From Chlorobiota bacterium (lineage in GTDB: Bacteria > Bacteroidota > Bacteroidia > Bacteroidales > JAADGE01), in NCBI GenBank assembly GCA_013152535.1, contig JAADGE010000055.1, positions 466 through 64,465 of the forward strand: 64,000 nt of DNA, in the 5' to 3' direction. Each line of letters opens with the position of its first letter. The first letter of the stretch is position 1. Made by a program: the position numbers and the translations under genes. The notes beneath the pieces are model-generated. The model worked only from the letters and a program-made list of their open reading frames with translations, was not told the DNA's origin and did no database searches. Positions 57,829-64,000 of this stretch are shown here, in pieces.

Positions 57829-60800
57829 ATGTTAAATAAAATAATAAAATTTTTCCTCGAAAATAAGCTTGTAACATTTATGTTTCTTGCCATATTTATC
57901 GCTTGGGGAATTTCTTCGTCGCCGTTTGGGTGGGATACTTTTTTACCGTCCGACCCGGTACCGGTTGATGCCATCCCCGATATAGGAGAAAATCAACAAA
58001 TCGTTTATACGGAATGGTCGGGACGTTCACCGCGTGATATCGAAGATCAAATTTCATATCCGCTTACAACGGCATTACTCGGTATTCCGGGTGTAAAAAC
58101 AATAAGAAGTAATTCTATTTTCGGTTTATCAAGTATCTATTTAATTTTTGAAGACGGTGTCGATTTTTATTGGAGTCGTACAAGAATACTTGAGAAACTG
58201 AATTCTTTACCGCCGGGTACTTTACCCGATAAAGTCAAACCGGCTCTCGGACCTGATGCCACGGCACTCGGTCAAATATATTGGTACACACTTGAAGGCA
58301 GAGACAAAAACGGCAAACCTGCGGGCGGTTGGGATCCGCAGGAGCTCAGGACTTTGCAGGATTTTTATGTTCGTTACGGACTGACTTCCGCAAAGGGGGT
58401 TTCCGAAGTTGCTTCAATCGGAGGATTTGTGAAAGAGTACCAAATTGACATTGACCCGAATGCAATGAAAGCATACGGTGTAAATGTGTCGCAAATTATT
58501 AATGCCGTTAAGAAAAGTAATCTCGACATCGGAGCAAGAACAATTGAATTTAATAAGGTTGAATACCTTGTCAGAGCTTTGGGATACATCAAAAATCTGA
58601 GTGATTTGGAGGAAAGTGTTGTAGCTGTTCATAAAAATATACCCGTAAGATTAAAAGATGTGGCAAAAATCTCTTTCGGTCCGGCAACTCGAAGAGGAGG
58701 GCTTGATAAAGGCGGTTCGGAAGCTGTAGGCGGCGTTGTTGTTGCTCGTTACGGTGCGAATCCGATGGAAGTTATCAAAAATTTGAAAGAAAAAATCAAA
58801 GAAATTTCGCCCGGACTGCCGAGCAAAACTCTTGCAGACGGTACGGTTTCAAAAGTTACGATTGTACCATTTTACGACCGAACCGGTTTAATAAAAGAGA
58901 CACTCGGAACACTTGAAGAAGCACTTACACTTGAAATTCTTATCAGTATTATAGTGATATTAATTTTAGTAATGAATTTACGGGCATCGTTCTTAATCTC
59001 AAGTTTATTGCCGATTGGTGTTTTGATGACATTTATTGTGATGCGGCGTTTCGGTGTTGATGCAAATATTGTTGCATTATCAGGTATTGCAATAGCAATA
59101 GGTGTAATGGTTGATGTGGGAATAGTCTTTACCGAAAACATCATCCGGCATCTCGAAATGGCAAAGAATATCGGAGCAAAAGGTAAGCAATTAGTTAAAG
59201 TAATTTACGAAGGAACAACAGAAGTTGCCGGAGCCGTTATTACGGCACTTTCAACAACCATTGTCAGTTTCTTACCGGTATTTGCTATGCAGGCAGCCGA
59301 AGGAAAATTATTTCGCCCTTTGGCATTCACAAAAACGTTTGCAATGATTTCGGCATTAGTTATCGGTTTAATGTTTATTCCTTTGTTGGCAAACCTTGTT
59401 TTTTCAATCAAACCGTCCGACAAATTAAGAAAGTATATTTCAAACGGAATTTTGATTGTTACCGGTATTGTTTTGGCAATTCTTGCGAAATCAGTGATAG
59501 CTCTTGCATTAGTCATCATTGGCTTAAACAATATATTCTCATACAAATGGTCTGAGAAAAGGAAAAAATATACAAATTACATTAATATCTTTATTACATT
59601 AAGTATAGTAATCTTTTTCTTAACACGCGAGTGGATGCCGCTCGGAGCACAAAACAGCCTGACTTTCAATTACATATTTGTAATGTCTTTGATTGGAGTT
59701 GTATTGGGAACTTTATTAACAGTCGTTCATTATTATAAACAAATTTTGAAATGGAGTTTAGAAAATAAAAAGAAATTTCTTACAATTCCTGTAATTGTTA
59801 TTTTATTCGGAATATTATCTTGGCTCGGAGTCAATAAAATGTTCGGTTTTATGCCCGATTTTGTCAAGAATACAAAAACTTGGAATTCTTTTGCGGAAAC
59901 ATTTCCGGGCACGGGAAAAGAATTTATGCCGAGTTTAGATGAAGGGTCATTTTTGCTTATGCCGACAACAATGCCGCATTCCGGCGTTCAGGAAAATCTG
60001 GATGTTATCAGGTTGCTTGATAAAAGAGTAAACAGCATTCCCGAAGTTGAAAATGTCGTGGGAAAATGGGGAAGGGCAAATTCTGCTCTCGATCCGGCAC
60101 CGACTTCAATGTTTGAAAATATCATAAATTATAAAACAGAATATATTGTTGACGAAGACGGATACAAAAGACGGTTTAAAGTTAATTCGGACGGAGCATA
60201 CGTTTTAAAAGACGGGTCAACTTATAATCCGAAAAAAGAAGATTTCAGAGTAATTGAAAAATCAGAACTCATTCCGGATGACAGCGGCAAATATTTCCGT
60301 CAATGGCGACCTGAAATAAAATCAACAGATGATATTTGGAAAGAAATTGTAAGTAAATCAAATATTCCAGGTTTAACTTCTGCACCGAAATTGCAACCCA
60401 TTCAAACACGTCTTGTAATGTTGCAAACCGGAATGCGAGCACCTATGGGAATAAAAGTTTTCGGTCCCGACCTTGAAACAATTGAGAAAACGGCTTATGA
60501 AATAGAACATCAACTTAAATTCGTAAAAGGTGTAAAAGCATCGTCTGTTTTTGCCGACAGGGTTGTAGGTAAACCTTATATTGAACTGGAAATCAAGCGT
60601 AAAGCAATAGCACGTTACGGACTTACTATAAAAGATTTACAAACAACTTTGGCAACAGCAATCGGAGGAATGCCTCTTACTTCCACAGTTGAGGGCAGGG
60701 AACGCTTCCCTGTGCGTGTACGTTATGCTCGCGAACTCAGAGATAATCCGGATGAGTTAAAGAAAATTCTGATACCGACAAAAAGCGGTGTTCAAATTCC

Positions 60801-61644
60801 ATTGGGAGAACTTGTTGATGTAAAATACAAAAGAGGTCCGCAACTTATTAAAAGTGAAAATACATTTCTTGTCGGTTATGTAATTTTCGATAAAAAAGAC
60901 GGTTTTGCAGAAGTTGATGTTGTTGAAGATGCACAAAAATATCTTAAAGAAAAAATTAAAAGCGGAGAACTGATTATTCCGGCAGGTGTAAATTATAAAT
61001 TTACAGGAAATTATGAAAATCAAGTACGTGCAAGTAAACGCTTGCTTCTTGTTGTTCCGATTTCTTTAATCTTAATTTTCTTGATTCTATATTTTCAATT
61101 CGGGAAAGTACAACCGTCATTAATGGTCTTTTCAGGAATATTTGTTGCTTTTGCCGGTGGTTTTATTATGATATGGCTTTACGGTCAATCATGGTTTTTG
61201 AATTTCTCTGTCGGCGGAATGAATATGCGAGATATGTTTAATATGCATACGATTAACTTAAGCGTTGCTGTTTGGGTAGGGTTTATTGCTCTTTTCGGTA
61301 TTGCAACCGATGACGGAGTAATTGTAGGAACTTATTTGAAGCAAGTTTTTGAACGTAACAAACCTACAACGGTTGCAGAAGTAAGAAATTCTGTAATTGA
61401 AGCGGGTTCAAAACGTGTTCGTCCGGCAATGATGACTGCTGCAACAGCAATAATTGCTCTAATTCCGGTACTTACATCAACAGGTAAAGGTTCTGATATT
61501 ATGGTTCCTATGGCAATTCCCTCTTTCGGAGGAATGATAATTCAGGTAATGACCATGTTTGTTGTTCCGGTGCTCTACAGTATGTGGCAAGAAGGAAAAC
61601 TTAAAAAAAATAAAATACATAACACTGATTCGAATGGTTTTTAA
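57829..61644 (+). CDS. heavy-metal efflux RND permease (CusA/CzcA family), 1271 aa
   Basis: N-terminus IIKFFLENKLVTFMFL and RND hallmarks throughout (…GENQQIVYTEW…, …ATDDGVIV…). Longer than the roughly 1040-aa canonical members. Confidence 0.9.
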   Translation: MLNKIIKFFLENKLVTFMFLAIFIAWGISSSPFGWDTFLPSDPVPVDAIPDIGENQQIVYTEWSGRSPRDIEDQISYPLTTALLGIPGVKTIRSNSIFGLSSIYLIFEDGVDFYWSRTRILEKLNSLPPGTLPDKVKPALGPDATALGQIYWYTLEGRDKNGKPAGGWDPQELRTLQDFYVRYGLTSAKGVSEVASIGGFVKEYQIDIDPNAMKAYGVNVSQIINAVKKSNLDIGARTIEFNKVEYLVRALGYIKNLSDLEESVVAVHKNIPVRLKDVAKISFGPATRRGGLDKGGSEAVGGVVVARYGANPMEVIKNLKEKIKEISPGLPSKTLADGTVSKVTIVPFYDRTGLIKETLGTLEEALTLEILISIIVILILVMNLRASFLISSLLPIGVLMTFIVMRRFGVDANIVALSGIAIAIGVMVDVGIVFTENIIRHLEMAKNIGAKGKQLVKVIYEGTTEVAGAVITALSTTIVSFLPVFAMQAAEGKLFRPLAFTKTFAMISALVIGLMFIPLLANLVFSIKPSDKLRKYISNGILIVTGIVLAILAKSVIALALVIIGLNNIFSYKWSEKRKKYTNYINIFITLSIVIFFLTREWMPLGAQNSLTFNYIFVMSLIGVVLGTLLTVVHYYKQILKWSLENKKKFLTIPVIVILFGILSWLGVNKMFGFMPDFVKNTKTWNSFAETFPGTGKEFMPSLDEGSFLLMPTTMPHSGVQENLDVIRLLDKRVNSIPEVENVVGKWGRANSALDPAPTSMFENIINYKTEYIVDEDGYKRRFKVNSDGAYVLKDGSTYNPKKEDFRVIEKSELIPDDSGKYFRQWRPEIKSTDDIWKEIVSKSNIPGLTSAPKLQPIQTRLVMLQTGMRAPMGIKVFGPDLETIEKTAYEIEHQLKFVKGVKASSVFADRVVGKPYIELEIKRKAIARYGLTIKDLQTTLATAIGGMPLTSTVEGRERFPVRVRYARELRDNPDELKKILIPTKSGVQIPLGELVDVKYKRGPQLIKSENTFLVGYVIFDKKDGFAEVDVVEDAQKYLKEKIKSGELIIPAGVNYKFTGNYENQVRASKRLLLVVPISLILIFLILYFQFGKVQPSLMVFSGIFVAFAGGFIMIWLYGQSWFLNFSVGGMNMRDMFNMHTINLSVAVWVGFIALFGIATDDGVIVGTYLKQVFERNKPTTVAEVRNSVIEAGSKRVRPAMMTAATAIIALIPVLTSTGKGSDIMVPMAIPSFGGMIIQVMTMFVVPVLYSMWQEGKLKKNKIHNTDSNGF

Positions 61645-61692
61645 AAACATATATCAATCATTATCATCAGTCTGTAATTAAAATATTTGAAT

Positions 61693-62913
61693 ATGAAAAA
61701 TATATTATTAATAATTATGTTGTTTTTAATAAAGATAAGTTCGGCACAAAACACATTGCCCGATTATCTTAAAACAGCAGCGGAAAATAATCCGGAACTT
61801 GCATCTAAATTCAGCGAATATAATGCGAGTTTACAAATTATTCCGCAAGTAAAGGCATTGCCCGATCCTAAAATTGCATTCGGGTATTTTATAATGCCCG
61901 TTGAAACACGAACAGGACCGCAGCAGGCAAAAATTTCGGCAAGTCAGTCTTTTCCGTGGTTCGGAAGTTTGAAAGCAAAGGAAAATACTGCAATTCAAGC
62001 TGCAAAAGCAAAATATGAAATATTTAATCAGACAAAAACAACTTTATTTCTGAATGTCAGAACTTCCTACTATACATTGTATTATATTCAAAAATCAATA
62101 CAAATTACGGGAGAAAATCTGGAAATTCTCAGAACATTTAAAAAGTTGGCAGCCGTAAAAGTCGAAACCGGAAAAGCATCGGCAACCGATGAATTGCGGA
62201 TAGATATGGAAATTGCTGAACTCGAAAATAAATTGGCTTTATTAAAAGACAGTTTTTATGCCGAGCAAGTCAAATTTAATAAACTTTTGAATGTTAAAAA
62301 TGAAAGTCCGGTAGTAATTTCTGAAATCGAAGATCAAAGTTTTGTATTCGACAAACAAGCAGTTCTTGACAGCATTAAAAAAAATAATCACAATTTAAAA
62401 GTGCTTGATTTTAAACTTATGTCTTTGGAATATCTGAAAACATCCGCACAAAAAGACGGGATGCCTAAGTTTTCGGTAGGTGTTGATTATACGCTTATCG
62501 GACCGGGAGAAAATAATCTTGCAGGAACCGATGCTTTTTTAGCACCGAAAATAGGGATTTCAATTCCGCTGAATCGAAAAAAATACAAAGCTAAAGTTTC
62601 GGAAGTTCAATACAAACAAGATGCCGTAAAGATGCAAAAAGAAAATACCGAAAATTTGCTCGAAACAGCTTCGGAAAATGTTTATAAAGATTTCAAGGAT
62701 GCGGAAAGACGTACTAAACTGTATGTATATCAAACAGATATTGCAAAAAAAACAATCCGTTTGTTAGAAAACGAATATGCTGTCAGTTCCGTAGGATTTG
62801 AGGAAGTTTTGAGAATGGAACGCAAGGTTTTAAACTATAATCTTGCTCTTGAAAAAGCAAAATCAGACAGAGAAAAAGCCAAATCTAAAATTTATTACTT
62901 AACAGGAAAATAA
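61693..62913 (+). CDS. TolC-family outer-membrane efflux protein
   Basis: Signal peptide and two OEP-type repeats. The ORF-track start at 61687 is a TTG, and an ATG lies at 61693. Confidence 0.8.
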   Translation: MKNILLIIMLFLIKISSAQNTLPDYLKTAAENNPELASKFSEYNASLQIIPQVKALPDPKIAFGYFIMPVETRTGPQQAKISASQSFPWFGSLKAKENTAIQAAKAKYEIFNQTKTTLFLNVRTSYYTLYYIQKSIQITGENLEILRTFKKLAAVKVETGKASATDELRIDMEIAELENKLALLKDSFYAEQVKFNKLLNVKNESPVVISEIEDQSFVFDKQAVLDSIKKNNHNLKVLDFKLMSLEYLKTSAQKDGMPKFSVGVDYTLIGPGENNLAGTDAFLAPKIGISIPLNRKKYKAKVSEVQYKQDAVKMQKENTENLLETASENVYKDFKDAERRTKLYVYQTDIAKKTIRLLENEYAVSSVGFEEVLRMERKVLNYNLALEKAKSDREKAKSKIYYLTGK

Positions 62914-62963
62914 AACATTATACAGTCATCTGATGACTCTATTTTATATTAAAATAAGAAAAT

Positions 62964-64000
62964 ATGAAAAATATAATTCAAAAAATTAAAGAAAAGATCA
63001 AATACATACTTCCGAGTATCGTAATAGGATTATTTTTCGGTTGGTTGTTCTTTGCCGGAGGGTCAAGTTCTGATAACGGACAAAATCAAAAAACCGAAGC
63101 ACAAGTTGAAGAACATTGGACATGCTCCATGCATCCGCAGATTGACGAGCCCGGACCGGGACAATGCCCGATTTGCGGCATGGATTTAATTCCGAAAAAA
63201 ACTGTAAGTTCCGATGATGAGGCGGTTGGTCCCGATGAAATTTTAATGACACAATCAGCTATAAAACTTGCAGATATTCAAGTATATATAGTAAAAAAGG
63301 GTATTCCGGAGAAAAAAGTTTATTTACTCGGAAAAGCACAAGCTGATGAACGCAAAATTGCAGAACTTACGGCAAGGTTTTCCGGAAGAATTGAGAAATT
63401 GTATATTAACTTCACCGGACAAAACGTGAAAAGAGGACAGAGATTAGCCACCGTTTATTCGCCGGAACTTGTTACGGCACAGAAAGAATTAATGGAAGCA
63501 ATTTCTTTTAAAAAAACAAATCCGAGTTTTTACACGGCAGCCAGAAATAAACTTAAACTTTGGGATTTAAGTGAAAATCAAATTAATGCTATCGAAAAAA
63601 ACGGAAAACCGAAATTATATTTCGATATTTTGTCTCCTATTTCAGGAACTGTAACCAAACGACACGTTGCTTTGGGTGACTATATTAAAGAAGGTAACGC
63701 TTTATTTCAAGTTGTGGATTTAACAAAAATTTGGGTAATGTTTGATGCTTATGAGAGTGATTTGCCTTGGCTGCAAAAAGGTAATAAAGTTGATTTTGTT
63801 TTTCAGGCAATTCCCGGTAAAAAATTTACTGAAAAAATTACATTTATTGACCCGTTTATCGACCCGCAAACACGGGTTGCAAAAGTGCGCGTTGAAATAA
63901 AAAATCCGAAACTCGAAATAAAACCCGAAATGTTCGCCGACGGAATTGTACAATCTGAAATTTCCGAAGGAACCGATGATATATTGATACCAAAATCCGC
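62964..64000 (+). CDS. efflux RND periplasmic adaptor (CusB/MFP-like) with an N-terminal CPxCGMDL metal-binding module; 3' end outside the window
   Basis: Hand translation gives MKNIIQKIKEKIKYILPSIVIGLFFGWLFF...HWTCSMHPQIDEPGPGQCPICGMDLIP...ARFSGRIEKLYINFTGQNVKRGQRLATVYSPELVTAQKE.... The frame is open to the window end, which is why it is absent from the ORF track. Confidence 0.85.
   Translation, partial: MKNIIQKIKEKIKYILPSIVIGLFFGWLFFAGGSSSDNGQNQKTEAQVEEHWTCSMHPQIDEPGPGQCPICGMDLIPKKTVSSDDEAVGPDEILMTQSAIKLADIQVYIVKKGIPEKKVYLLGKAQADERKIAELTARFSGRIEKLYINFTGQNVKRGQRLATVYSPELVTAQKELMEAISFKKTNPSFYTAARNKLKLWDLSENQINAIEKNGKPKLYFDILSPISGTVTKRHVALGDYIKEGNALFQVVDLTKIWVMFDAYESDLPWLQKGNKVDFVFQAIPGKKFTEKITFIDPFIDPQTRVAKVRVEIKNPKLEIKPEMFADGIVQSEISEGTDDILIPKS

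Noticed and set aside
1-64000. CRISPR arrays, IS elements, prophage or defence-system genes
   Set aside because: Scanning the intergenic regions and the ORF translations found no spaced direct-repeat array. No transposase, integrase, reverse-transcriptase, nuclease or ATPase defence signatures were found either.

Overview
AT-rich (roughly one-third GC by eye) chromosomal window from a member of the Bacteroidota. Supporting evidence: T9SS C-terminal sorting domains, a MurF-Alr fusion, TAnnTTTG -7 promoter boxes 22-32 nt upstream of many start codons, and no Shine-Dalgarno sequences. From left to right the window holds: a frameshifted M1 aminopeptidase; ribE, ileS, a dksA-like gene and lspA; a HAMP-GAF membrane protein; an hflX / AI-2E transporter operon; a blaI-blaR1 operon followed by three tandem TonB-C genes; tRNA-Ala; a roughly 10.6-kb gene for a giant LamG / beta-helix-like / T9SS-CTD surface protein; envelope and housekeeping genes (polyprenyl synthases, MscS, CPBP protease, TlpA, MazG); a four-gene envelope sensing cluster (OmpA/TolB-like, TPR, beta-propeller-SpoIIE phosphatase, lipoprotein); a fused LeuC/LeuD-type dehydratase; a DEAD-box helicase; and murF-alr. 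From about 49.2 kb to the window end lies a roughly 15-kb copper/heavy-metal island (AraC-HMA regulator, CopA, SHOCT, two small Cys-rich membrane paralogs, a His/Met-rich lipoprotein, a cytochrome c - porin - cytochrome c trio, an HMA protein, DUF302, and an RND permease - TolC - adaptor set). I saw no CRISPR array, transposase, integrase or phage genes. The most unusual signal is mutational. Four otherwise intact-looking genes are broken by tiny lesions, and three of those lesions are perfect tandem duplications (2, 5 and 11 bp) that can be read directly in the sequence; a fourth gene carries an in-frame TGA. Removing one repeat copy restores canonical motifs (HExxH-x18-E in the peptidase, CPC in CopA) or a single 3,532-codon ORF. 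All protein-family calls come from motif recognition by eye; no database search was run.
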